DNA of 34,199 nt from Promethearchaeota archaeon. GTDB taxonomy: Archaea > Asgardarchaeota > Lokiarchaeia > Sigyniarchaeales > SOKP01. How positions within the stretch are numbered: position 1 is the stretch's first letter; each line of letters starts with the position of its first letter. Under the pieces are notes generated by a model, which saw nothing but the letters and a program-made list of their open reading frames with translations, was not told the DNA's origin and did not search any database. Of this stretch, positions 1 through 10,200 are shown in pieces. The translations under genes and the position numbers were made by a program. The stretch is from assembly GCA_048938025.1 (NCBI GenBank), contig JBHLMP010000028.1, positions 1 through 34,199 on the forward strand. The letters run 5' to 3'.

Positions 1-2
1 GA

Positions 3-164
3 TTAGTGAGATCGGCTTATATTGTAGCAGATAATCCTGTCTTAGATAAAGAAGCTCAAATTTTATTAGAAAGAGCAGAGTCCTCTAAAAGAAAAATTGT
101 GGTTAGTCTGGAGGAGGCAAAGGAGTGGATTGGGATTGAGGATATAATAATTAAAAGAGATTAA
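3..164 (+). CDS. C-terminal fragment of a gene entering from the left edge (possibly STAS/SEC14, SpoIIAA-like)
   Basis: Frame 3 is open from the edge to TAA at 162-164: LVRSAYIVADNPVLDKEAQILLERAESSKRKIVVSLEEAKEWIGIEDIIIKRD. The SLEEAKEWI ending resembles STAS/SEC14-like C-termini. Confidence 0.5.
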   Translation, partial: LVRSAYIVADNPVLDKEAQILLERAESSKRKIVVSLEEAKEWIGIEDIIIKRD

Positions 165-196
165 AATAAAATCTTACTAAATTGCTGTTTATTATT

Positions 197-997
197 TTAA
201 CTAATTTTTAATCTTTTCTTACATAACTCAATTGCTTTAGGATTGTTATCTACACCTAGCCAATTCCTATTTAATTTTTTAGCTACAATTAAGGTAGTAC
301 CTGAACCACAGAAAAAATCAGCAATAAGATCCTCTTCATTTGAGGATGCTAATATAATTCGCTCAAGTAGTTTTTCCGGTTTTTGTGTTGGATATCCAAA
401 ATACTCTTTTGACCTTGTCCTTGTTTGATAAGAATATATATCATTCCAAACATCACCAATCACATTTCCTGGTTTTTCATCTAAATATTGACGACCTCCA
501 CGTCTTTTTCTATATAAGCGACCATCTTCATCCTTATATCTAAACATCTTTTGAATATAATCTTCTTTATAGGGTTTATATAGTTTATTGAACGTGTAAT
601 TATCTGATTTTGTATAAAATAAGAGTGTGTCATGTTGTCTTACCCATCCTTTTACTTGACTCTTAAAGCCGGATACACTACCAACATTCCAAACAATTTC
701 TCTACGAAAATGTTTCCTTTTAAAGATGTTATCACACAGAGGTTTTAAGTCAAACACGGCATTGTTATCACAATGCAAATAGAAACTACCTGAATGCTTA
801 AGAACACGATGTATTTCCTTAATTCGTGGTTTCATAAAATCTAAATAATCATCTACCGAAACCCATAAATCAGAGAACTCTTTATAATCCACACCACTAT
901 AGAATGGAGGATCAATATAGATTAAGTCAACTATATCTGAATTCATATTACTTAAGAAATCCAAATTTTCTGCTAAATAGACTGTGTTTAACTTCAT
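197..997 (-). CDS. Site-specific DNA methyltransferase (N6A/N4C, beta class)
   Basis: Catalytic motif IV (LIYIDPPF) lies N-terminal to YPTQKPEKLLERII and the SAM-binding motif DFFCGSGTT. Confidence 0.93.
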   Translation of the reverse strand: MKLNTVYLAENLDFLSNMNSDIVDLIYIDPPFYSGVDYKEFSDLWVSVDDYLDFMKPRIKEIHRVLKHSGSFYLHCDNNAVFDLKPLCDNIFKRKHFRREIVWNVGSVSGFKSQVKGWVRQHDTLLFYTKSDNYTFNKLYKPYKEDYIQKMFRYKDEDGRLYRKRRGGRQYLDEKPGNVIGDVWNDIYSYQTRTRSKEYFGYPTQKPEKLLERIILASSNEEDLIADFFCGSGTTLIVAKKLNRNWLGVDNNPKAIELCKKRLKIS

Positions 998-1035
998 ATG
1001 AGAATTAAATAGAATTGACCATTAATAAGAATATT

Positions 1036-1434
1036 ATGAAGAAGGAACGATTAAATAAGAATTTCTTGGCTGATTTTAAAGATTATGATTTTTTAAAAAT
1101 AAAAGAAAATAAGATTTATCTAGTTGGTTCTATTCGTTTTAGAGAATATTTTATTAAAATTGAGTCTATGCTTCAGATAATCCATAAAAAACTGGTGAAT
1201 ATTTGTTCCGTGGACGGTTTATTGAATAAAGAAAAATTTTCTAATGAGGAATGGGATAAACTACAAGAGATTGCATTAAGAAAATTACATGATCAAGAAG
1301 CAATTTTGGTACTTGATATAGATAATTATATTGGAGAACAGTCGAAAGAAGAAATTGACTATTTTAAGTACAATTTAAAAAGGCCTATATACTTTCTTTC
1401 AGAATTAAACTTAAAATCATATAAAAATCAATAA
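1036..1434 (+). CDS. Hypothetical protein, nucleoside 2-deoxyribosyltransferase-like fold
   Basis: Pattern KIYLVGS...AILVLDIDNYIGEQSKEEIDY...RPIYFL. The ATG at 1036 is preferred to the TTG at 1015. Confidence 0.55.
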   Translation: MKKERLNKNFLADFKDYDFLKIKENKIYLVGSIRFREYFIKIESMLQIIHKKLVNICSVDGLLNKEKFSNEEWDKLQEIALRKLHDQEAILVLDIDNYIGEQSKEEIDYFKYNLKRPIYFLSELNLKSYKNQ

Positions 1435-1533
1435 ATTAAGCAACTCAATATTTTTTAAAGATTTAACTCAATAATAATTACAATCTAAATAATTTGCAAG
1501 ATTTAAGTAAAATATTAAGGGTTATATACAATA

Positions 1534-2508
1534 ATGGAATTGTTCCAAATATTTTGGGACGATCAAAAGAAACTATTTTTAGAATTTAAGAAGAATGAGG
1601 AGGAAAAGCAATTATTCCTTCCTGAAAACATAAAACGCTTAAATCTGCAATTTGAAATTTTAAAACAAGAAATCTTCTATAAAGAACCACCTTATTTAAT
1701 ATCTATCAAAAAGTTATTTCATTCAAAAGAAGCTTTATCTTTTGCTATTGATTTAGATTTGATTAGTCCTCTTGAGAATCTCCAAATTAAGATATTACGT
1801 TTAATAGTATTTTTATATTCAGGTCAGCGTATTGAATATTCTTTTGAGGAAACATTTAAAATGTCAGAAATCTCAATTAATGATGATTGTTATTTAGGAT
1901 ACGAGATTGAAACATTAGACCCACATAAAAGCTTAAAAGGCACTTTTACTCAAGAAAAAATCTATGAAGAAATCAAAACGGAGTATACTAAATATGAACA
2001 AAAAAGAACTGTTGTATATGAAAAGAAAAGTGTTGGGACCGCTCCTAAAAACCATTCACTGATTTCAATGATCAGTGAAAGCAATAAGACATTAAAAAAT
2101 ATTGAAGAGCAATTGAAAAATCTAGCAGTTATCTTAAAAAATGGGAGCTTTACCAATCAACAGTATCTTCCAGCGCCTCCTGTTATTAAAAAAAGTCAAG
2201 AATTTGGTATTGAAAGAATAAAACAACCATATTCAAAAGATGGTTTACTCCAAAGTGGAGTATCTTCAGCTAAAATATTAGTAATTAAAGAAATGAAATC
2301 GGTTTTTAAAGAAAGTATTGAAAAAAATAACGAATTTAGTATTAAAGATATTTTAAAACCTATGAGTGATGAAGAACTTAAAAGTTTAATCTTAGATGAA
2401 AAACAATTGGAGGAAAAAGAAGAAGAAGCTATTAAGAATCAAATAAAACGATTAGAAAAATATAAAAAAAAAGAATTATCCTTAGAAAAATTAAAAAAAC
2501 CTAAGTAA
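1534..2508 (+). CDS. Hypothetical protein with coiled-coil and charged C-terminal half
   Basis: 324-aa ORF with ATG start; no recognised family motif. Confidence 0.75.
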   Translation: MELFQIFWDDQKKLFLEFKKNEEEKQLFLPENIKRLNLQFEILKQEIFYKEPPYLISIKKLFHSKEALSFAIDLDLISPLENLQIKILRLIVFLYSGQRIEYSFEETFKMSEISINDDCYLGYEIETLDPHKSLKGTFTQEKIYEEIKTEYTKYEQKRTVVYEKKSVGTAPKNHSLISMISESNKTLKNIEEQLKNLAVILKNGSFTNQQYLPAPPVIKKSQEFGIERIKQPYSKDGLLQSGVSSAKILVIKEMKSVFKESIEKNNEFSIKDILKPMSDEELKSLILDEKQLEEKEEEAIKNQIKRLEKYKKKELSLEKLKKPK

Positions 2509-2623
2509 ATTTCGGAATTTTGCTTTGCTTTAAAATAAAATCGAAATTCTTTAGATTAAATGCATCATGAATAAATACTAATAAATCTTTTATTGCTTTC
2601 CAATATTAAATTATAATGAAAGT

Positions 2624-3427
2624 TTGTTTATTCAATCGAGGTTAAAAAAAATTTTATTAAATTACTTCATAGGAACAGCAGGAAGCGGAAAATCCACACT
2701 TACAGGTGATTTAAAACATTATATTTCAAATCGAGACCCTGAAGTTTCAGTTATTACAATTAATTTGGATCCTGGTGTTAGAGTTATTTCTTACGCTCCT
2801 GACATAGATATCAGGGATTTCATTGTACTTGAAGAAGTTATGGAAAAATATGAATTAGGTCCTAACGGGGCAATGATATTAGCTTCTGATTTAATGGTTA
2901 ATTATTTAGATGATATTAAGGATGAGATAGACGAAATTAATCCAGATTGGATTTTAGTAGATACAGTAGGGCAGTTAGAACTTTTTGCATTTCGTGAAAC
3001 AGGACCATTGATAGCTAGTGCATTAGGATTCGGAGCCATTCAAAGATCTGTAAGTTTTCTTTTTGATTCCAACTTTGTACTCAGACCAAATGGTTTTATT
3101 TCAACATTACTTCTAGCTGCTTCTGTACAATTTCGATTTAGAAAAATTCCTCAAATTAATGTTCTTTCTAAAGTAGACTTATTAGATGAGGATCAGATAG
3201 ATATGATTATTAATTGGAGTCAAGATTTTCAAGCATTGGAAGAATCTACAAGTGAACGAGAAAGTGGATTAATTAGAGAATTGTCAATGGATTTATCTGA
3301 AGTTTTTCTTCAAATGGGATCAACTGCAGAACTAATACCTTGTAGTACGAAAGAAGAACATGGTCTCGATCTATTATTTGGATATTTACAAAGAGTTTTT
3401 GATTCTGATAAATCCAAGTATTATTAA
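2624..3427 (+). CDS. gpn: GPN-loop GTPase (true start possibly ATT at 2651)
   Basis: Walker A GTAGSGKS, INLDPG, signature LGPNGA, DTVGQLELF and SKVDLL. Confidence 0.93.
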   Translation: MFIQSRLKKILLNYFIGTAGSGKSTLTGDLKHYISNRDPEVSVITINLDPGVRVISYAPDIDIRDFIVLEEVMEKYELGPNGAMILASDLMVNYLDDIKDEIDEINPDWILVDTVGQLELFAFRETGPLIASALGFGAIQRSVSFLFDSNFVLRPNGFISTLLLAASVQFRFRKIPQINVLSKVDLLDEDQIDMIINWSQDFQALEESTSERESGLIRELSMDLSEVFLQMGSTAELIPCSTKEEHGLDLLFGYLQRVFDSDKSKYY

Positions 3428-3473
3428 AATTATGAAAATTTAAGTAAATTGAAATTTTTTAAGTATTACTAAA

Positions 3474-4571
3474 ATGAAAATCATAGGGCCATGTGCAGGA
3501 ATAGGGAGTAGATTAAAGCCATTTACATTAAGTAAGCCTAAAGCATTTATTAATATTGCTGGAAAAACAGTTTTAGAACATATTCTTGATAAATTTAGCA
3601 ATATATTTGATTCGAATACTGAGTTAATATTAATTGTTGGATACAAAAAAAAGCAAATTACGAATTTTGTCAAAAAAAAATATACAGATAAATTTCAATT
3701 AACATTTATAGAGCAAATTCCACGTGGATATAATGATAGTATTCCATTCTATTGGGGTCTTGGAGAAGCAGTTTATTTAGCTCATAAAAGATTTAAGAAA
3801 CTAGCTTTAGAGACAAAAAAGGAAGATAAACGGGAAGGTTCATTAATTTTTTTAGCCGATATGATCCCAATTGTCGAATATTCATACTTAATGTATCGGT
3901 ATTATGAATCGGACGTAGATGGTATCATTACTGTTATAGAAGTTCCTAAAGAAGATGCAATTTCATACGGTGTCGTAACTATTGATGAGAATTCTATTAT
4001 AAGGAGATTAGTCGAAAAACCAAAAGAATTTGTATCAAATTTAGCTATTGCTGGCATTTATGCTTTTTCAAATTCTGCTACACATGCGCTTTTTAGAAAT
4101 ATTAAAAAATATATAAATAATAGAAAAGAGGATTCAAAAGAAATATATTTAACAGAAAGTCTTCAAGATTTAGTAAATAGTGGTTATAAAATTGCTGCTG
4201 TTAATCTAAAACAAGGCATATTGGACTTTGGACGTCCTTCTGAAGTGCTAAATGGAAATAAATATCTTTTAGAACAATATTCCACTAAAAAAGAGGATTT
4301 TCAGACCTTAGATATATTTGTAGATAAGTCATTCATAAAAAATCCTATACATATTGGCAATAATACTAATATTATAAATTCCGTCATTGGACCGTATGTA
4401 TCTATAGGGAAAAATTCGTTCATACAAAATTCAATTTTAAAAAATTGTGTTATTGAAAAAAGCGTAAAGCTGAAAAATATCATTACAGAAAATTCAATCA
4501 TAGGAAATAATGTGAAAGTTGAAAATATTAGTAAAGATAATCTAATTATCGGTGATAAAAGTATCTTTTAG
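3474..4571 (+). CDS. Sugar-phosphate nucleotidyltransferase with C-terminal left-handed beta-helix (glucose-1-phosphate thymidylyltransferase/GlmU-like)
   Basis: AGIGSRLKPFTLSKPK, VEKP and AGIY motifs, plus C-terminal hexapeptide repeats (IGNNTNIINSVIGPYVSIGKNS). Confidence 0.9.
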   Translation: MKIIGPCAGIGSRLKPFTLSKPKAFINIAGKTVLEHILDKFSNIFDSNTELILIVGYKKKQITNFVKKKYTDKFQLTFIEQIPRGYNDSIPFYWGLGEAVYLAHKRFKKLALETKKEDKREGSLIFLADMIPIVEYSYLMYRYYESDVDGIITVIEVPKEDAISYGVVTIDENSIIRRLVEKPKEFVSNLAIAGIYAFSNSATHALFRNIKKYINNRKEDSKEIYLTESLQDLVNSGYKIAAVNLKQGILDFGRPSEVLNGNKYLLEQYSTKKEDFQTLDIFVDKSFIKNPIHIGNNTNIINSVIGPYVSIGKNSFIQNSILKNCVIEKSVKLKNIITENSIIGNNVKVENISKDNLIIGDKSIF

Positions 4572-4720
4572 ATAATCAATTTAAACAGAAAATTTGAGAA
4601 TTATAATATTTTATATTTTATAGTTAAATATTAAAGATAAAAAGATTAAAATACTATTTAATAGTAATAAGATTTTGAATAAATTAGAAATATAATTAAA
4701 TATGGTTTTAATGAGTTAAG

Positions 4721-6127
4721 ATGCCTTTTAATATTGCATTTGATATAGCACATAAACCAAGGGGTAGAATCGATGATAACCTCACTGAGCTTCGAGATTA
4801 TTTAAATGCAAATGATTTTGTATGTTATAACTTTTTAGAAGTACCAATAACAGAAGAATCTTTAATGCCCTATGATATCTTAGTATTTGTATGCCCTGAT
4901 TTTGCAAAGATATCTCCTTTAGAGATTAATGAGATTATAAAATGGATTAAAAATGCTGGCGGAGGTTTATTATTATTATCTCATGCTGGTGGTGACAGAG
5001 GTCGTAATAGTAATTTATCTGAAATTTCTGAACAATTTGGTATTGCTTTTGAAAACGATCAAGTTTTGGATGAAACTATGAATTTAGGCATTGAGAATAT
5101 ACCAAAAATTTCTACATTCAATATTCCCCATCCTATAACATCTGGAATCTATTCATTATGCTATCGCTCTGGATGTTCACTTACAATTATCGGAGGTGGT
5201 GCTTTTTCAATAGCCGATTCCAATGAAACTTCTGAACCTTTTTCTTGTCCTTTGCTTTGTGTTTCTGAATCAGAATATGGTAGAGTTTGTTGCATTGGAA
5301 GTTATGAAATGTTTAGAGATAAAATTGGAGGTGGCTTTCAATGTGATCAACACCCAGATTTAGCTTTGAATATTTTTAAATGGCTAGTTTCTGATTATCG
5401 AATGGAATTAAGATCAAGCGGTAAAATTCCTGTTCCCACATCTGAGATCCCCAATGGATCAACTCAAGTAACGGAACCATTAGATGCAACTACTAAATCT
5501 ACTTCAACTACTAAACGAGCTATCGATATTGATTTTTCAATGAAAATCCATAAAAAAAGTGAATTAATGGAACTATTAAAAATCTTTCGAAATCAAATAA
5601 ATACCATAAAAAATACGATTGATAAATTGATAAAAACAACTGAAGCGTCAGAAAAAGAGATTATCGAACTTACTGAGACTAACCCTTCCAAGATACCTTC
5701 ACAAACTCAAGAGTTTGTTCCAGATGCCCCACTTTCAAAAGAAACTGAAAAGCAAGATTATATCAAATTGGGGGATCAAGGAGAGCCAACTCTAACTGCT
5801 TTACCTCCAAAACCGGGGAAACTAAAAGCAGACCAAGACTTTATAGGCTTACCTTTAGTTGATGATGAATCTAAGATTTCTTTAAAACCTGCTCCTAAAC
5901 TTAAAAAGCAATCCAAGGCAAAATCAATTAAGGAATTAAGAGAAGAAAAGAAAGGATTAGAAACCAAAGTAGATTCTGTTGAAAATTTAATGAAAATTAT
6001 TGATAATAAACGTGATAGTGGAAAAATGGATGATGAATCTTATATTAAGCAATCAAAAAGATTACAAGCAGATTTAAAGAAAGCTAAAAAGAGGATGGCA
6101 TCAATCGATAAACTTTTAAAAAAATAA
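4721..6127 (+). CDS. GIFT (GldG/IFT52/DUF4350-like) domain protein with Pro-containing linker and C-terminal helical region
   Basis: N-terminal IAFDIAHK...YDILVFVCP...EINEIIKWIKNAGGGLLLL...NLSEISEQFGIAFEND...HPITSGI...NIFKWL. The C-terminal part is coiled coil. Confidence 0.65.
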   Translation: MPFNIAFDIAHKPRGRIDDNLTELRDYLNANDFVCYNFLEVPITEESLMPYDILVFVCPDFAKISPLEINEIIKWIKNAGGGLLLLSHAGGDRGRNSNLSEISEQFGIAFENDQVLDETMNLGIENIPKISTFNIPHPITSGIYSLCYRSGCSLTIIGGGAFSIADSNETSEPFSCPLLCVSESEYGRVCCIGSYEMFRDKIGGGFQCDQHPDLALNIFKWLVSDYRMELRSSGKIPVPTSEIPNGSTQVTEPLDATTKSTSTTKRAIDIDFSMKIHKKSELMELLKIFRNQINTIKNTIDKLIKTTEASEKEIIELTETNPSKIPSQTQEFVPDAPLSKETEKQDYIKLGDQGEPTLTALPPKPGKLKADQDFIGLPLVDDESKISLKPAPKLKKQSKAKSIKELREEKKGLETKVDSVENLMKIIDNKRDSGKMDDESYIKQSKRLQADLKKAKKRMASIDKLLKK

Positions 6128-6195
6128 TTAGTTTAAATTGATTATAGAAGAAAATTGTGGAAAAAACAGGGTGATAAGACACTCTTTTAATGATC

Positions 6196-6615
6196 CTATT
6201 TAATAATATCTGTTATAAAACACGTTTCCATAATTTTTACTCCCTTAATTTGGGAGATTTTCTCCTCAATTAATGGATTAAATTGTTCAATTGAAGGGAT
6301 TTCCACCTTTATAAGTAACCCACAGTCGCCACTAAGTCTCCATATATCTGTAATTTCCTCAATACCTACTAACTCTTTTAAAGTATTTTTAATATCTTTA
6401 AAATCAGGTTCGATTTTTACAGTAGCTCGAGTCTTTGGTTTTGAATCTATATTAAATTCAACTGTGAATTTTTTAATGACTCCTTCTTCCATTAATTTCT
6501 TGACCCTTCTTCTTATTGTTGCTTCTGTTTTCCCTACATTTTCAGAAATGTCGTTATACGACATTCTCCCATCATGTTTTAACAATTCTAATATTTTTAA
6601 ATCTACTATATCCAT
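6196..6615 (-). CDS. Lrp/AsnC family transcriptional regulator
   Basis: DLKILELLKHDGRMSYNDISENVGKTEATIRRRVKKLMEEGVI helix-turn-helix, followed by a RAM domain (LSGDCGLLIKV). Confidence 0.93.
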   Translation of the reverse strand: MDIVDLKILELLKHDGRMSYNDISENVGKTEATIRRRVKKLMEEGVIKKFTVEFNIDSKPKTRATVKIEPDFKDIKNTLKELVGIEEITDIWRLSGDCGLLIKVEIPSIEQFNPLIEEKISQIKGVKIMETCFITDIIK

Positions 6616-6925
6616 TGTCGATATATTCTTTTTTGATGATTTGATTATTAAATATGATAAATTATTTATTAAATTTTTTCTTTTTTGTTATCAAATTTTT
6701 AATTTCGTTTTTGAGAAAATTAATTTTGTTAAAAAATACTAATAAAGGTTTAACAATCTATAAAAATAAATTTATCAATCTATAAATAATCAATTAATAT
6801 ATTTTATTATTCGATAAAAACATTTTATCATGGATTAAAATTATAGTATAACTAGTATTATATTACAATTTTAAATTGTAGTTTTAAATCCAAATATATA
6901 TCGCTTTGGATTTGATCAAAATGAT

Positions 6926-7216
6926 ATGGAAGATAATGTTAGATTAATTATTGAAGCTCAATTTTTATCGATGAGATTGCCCTTAGAATGGATTGGGGAT
7001 AAACCCCAAGAAATTTATATAACTGGAGGAGCATCTACGAATGAAGAAATACTTCAAATTGCTGCAAATGTTTTTAATACTCAAATAAGGAAATTTAAAT
7101 TTACTGATTCAGCAGTATTAGGAGCAGCATTAAGATCTGCCAAATCATATTACGATAAATTAAAAAAAATATTTTCAGATTTAATCTCTAAAGTTAATAA
7201 AAAGAAAAAAAAATAA
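6926..7216 (+). pseudogene. Isolated C-terminal fragment of an FGGY carbohydrate kinase (xylulokinase-like)
   Basis: IYITGGASTNEEILQIAANVF...DSAVLGAALRS matches the FGGY_C end. It is only 96 aa and the upstream sequence is AT-rich and non-coding. Confidence 0.65.
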
Positions 7217-7242
7217 GACACTTAAAAAATAATAAATTTTTT

Positions 7243-10200
7243 TTATCTTATTTTAGTTTTTTTAGTTGATAATACTAAAATCAAACTAGCACACCCAAGA
7301 GTAAGAAAGATAGCACTTGTAATAGTAAAACCTAGAAACCAAGCTTCTCCATAAGTATATATATCAGTTGGTAAATTTAATTTTTCAATCAAATAAGGAT
7401 GAGAATATTTTTCCTTAACTACTAATAACCATGTAATAATTGCGTCCATTTTAGTATCATCTAAATTATAATTAACTATATTTACTATATTACTAACCTG
7501 ATCTAGAACAAAGATTGTTTGGTTATAATAATGCTTTAATTTATTATATGCCCCTTCATGATTTGCTGCTTTTAACCATATCGCAATTCCTTTAAAATGA
7601 GTAAGAGAAAAAGGATTTTCCTCAGACCATAAATCTATTGATGTTTCCAGATTAATGTTACTTTCTATTGGTATTCCTAGCTCCCAACCTGTAAGATTGA
7701 CAACACCAAAAGCTGGATCTAGGTCAATACCATCTAAGAAGAGGCTACCATTAGTCCACTGGCGATTGAATTCAAGTCTTGCAAAGTCATTCATAGTATA
7801 ACCTATTTTCTTAACCTGAAGGATACCCAAATATGTTTTCACATTTGGATAGAAATTAACAGAAAAATCATAAAGACCTATAATATTTGGAATAACATCA
7901 TATCTGAATGAAGGAAATAACCAGTTAAGAATCATATCCATTTGAGTTGTGTTTAAATTGAATAATGCCATTAATTGATTTTTTTCTATTGTATCGTTTA
8001 TAGCATTAATCCATTTTAAAATACCATAATTATCTATAAATGAAGAAGAATTCTCTGTATCAAAGAGAGCTAATACTGTGTCATATGAAATATATGTTTT
8101 ATTTGGAAGTCCCACTTCAAATCCCTTTACTCCATTACCGAGATCAAGTCCAGTTGGGACAACTGTACCATTTGCCCATTGTTCTAAAAATAAAATTTCA
8201 GCATATTCAATAGTTAATAATCTATATCCAAGAGGGGCCTCAACAATGAAAGCAATTGGCATAAGAACCTCTTTTATCTTTTGAATTAGCCAAGTATATA
8301 ATTGATTAAATTGAGTTTGTGTTAAATCGAAGGTAGTATTTAACTCATTTTGAATTGTATGATTCCCTATTTGATGCCCTAAATAAGCACCGTACCATTT
8401 TGAAATGCCAGTATTATTAACTAATGCATTTGAATTCATAGGATCCCAGAGATTAACTGTATCATTAAATAAAATATGAGAGGTATACGGAATGCCTACT
8501 TCTAAGCCTCTTTGCACGGCTGATGTAATTACCGTACCTAGTATATAGTTTCGGAGATATTCTCCAAATGGTGAGAGTTGAGTGTCCCAAGTTGCATTAT
8601 AGGTATTTACCATTAAAGTTCTATTAGTTCCTATATCTAGACGTGCTGATTCATAGAAATCTAGCCAATTAAGTAGCCCAAAACCAGTTTCATTATATAA
8701 GAATATTCCTGGATAATCTTGATATCCCTCTAATAGTCTATATTGAGCTGCTAATGTAAAGTTGAGGCTATATGAACCACCAGTAAAATATTCAGATACA
8801 CCCATTATAGTAGAAGTAGAATAATTATCTTGAAATGTATAATTATTAAAGAACTTATCTCTAGCAATTATTTCACTTGTAGAATTGATTTCGATCACAT
8901 ATTCAATTGTATTTTGGATTCGAATGGCTGCTCTCGATGCTTTTAGCATTTCCCCCATTTCATCACTAAGATCATTAAGATTAATTCCTGCTGTAAATAT
9001 TGAGCCATTAGCCCATTGAATGTAAAAATCTCTTAATGCTGCGGTTTCTAAGGTTAGTCCTTCTAATGCTAGTTGAATTGGCATTATTATATCAACAAGA
9101 TAAGCACCCAAGTAAATAGTGAGAATACTTAATTGATTCTGTGTGGCATTATATTGTGTTTGCATCGTAGCATTCCCTAAGGTATCTGCGTAAAATGCGA
9201 GATAATCTTTAAGTCCAGTACCAAGGAGAATATTTTCCAATATTCCTGGAGATTCACCATAACCGTATAATAATCTATATTGAGCTTCTAATGTATAATT
9301 AAGGCTATAACCACTCAAATATTCTGAAAAATATTCTGAAATACCATTAATAATGGTAATATTCTTTGTAGTAGATGACCAATTTACATCATTAAAGAAA
9401 AGGTCTCTAGCTCTAACTGTTGCATATTGAGATGGAGTCATACCATAGTCTTGGGCAAAATAATAGGGTACACTATAACCTATTAAATGATTTGAAATGT
9501 AATTAGCTAAAGCTGTGAGTTGATCCCAAGTAGAGTTATAAGTGGTTTGCATCGTAGCATTATAAGTAGCTGGATCAATCGTTGCATTTACATAAAATTC
9601 CATATATCCTAAAACACCAGTACCATTTTCAAGATCTTGAAGTAACCCTGGAGCACCACCAAACCCATCTAATAATCTTTGTTGCGCCGTAGCGGTAAAA
9701 TTAAGTGAATAAGAGCTACCTGTATTAAATTCAGAAACCCCTTCAATTGAAGTAGAATAATTTTCTTGAAATTCATAATTATTGAAAAATAAATCTCTCG
9801 CTACAGCTTGAGTTGTCGAATTAGAAGTTATGACTTGATCTAATGTATCATTAATTAACTGTGCGGCCCATAAAGCTTCAATGCGTGTAGCATTATTGGT
9901 AGATACTATCTCAAGACTTTCGCTAATAATACTAGCTGGCATTGATGCAAATAATCTTTCTACAAATAATGGCATTGATAGATTCTTAAGATATTCAAGG
10001 GTAAAAGGGATAAACTGAACTTCAATAATTTCATCCTTTATATCTTGAGTGGTCTTTTCTCGTATTTTAGGTAAGATCTCTGGTATTCCTAAACCAAGAT
10101 ATTGTGCTTCTATTTCATCTATAGCTTCTTCTTGAATATATAATAAAGTATTTGGTATGTTTTGCTTTACTCGATCTCTTATGTATTCATTCACTAAAAA

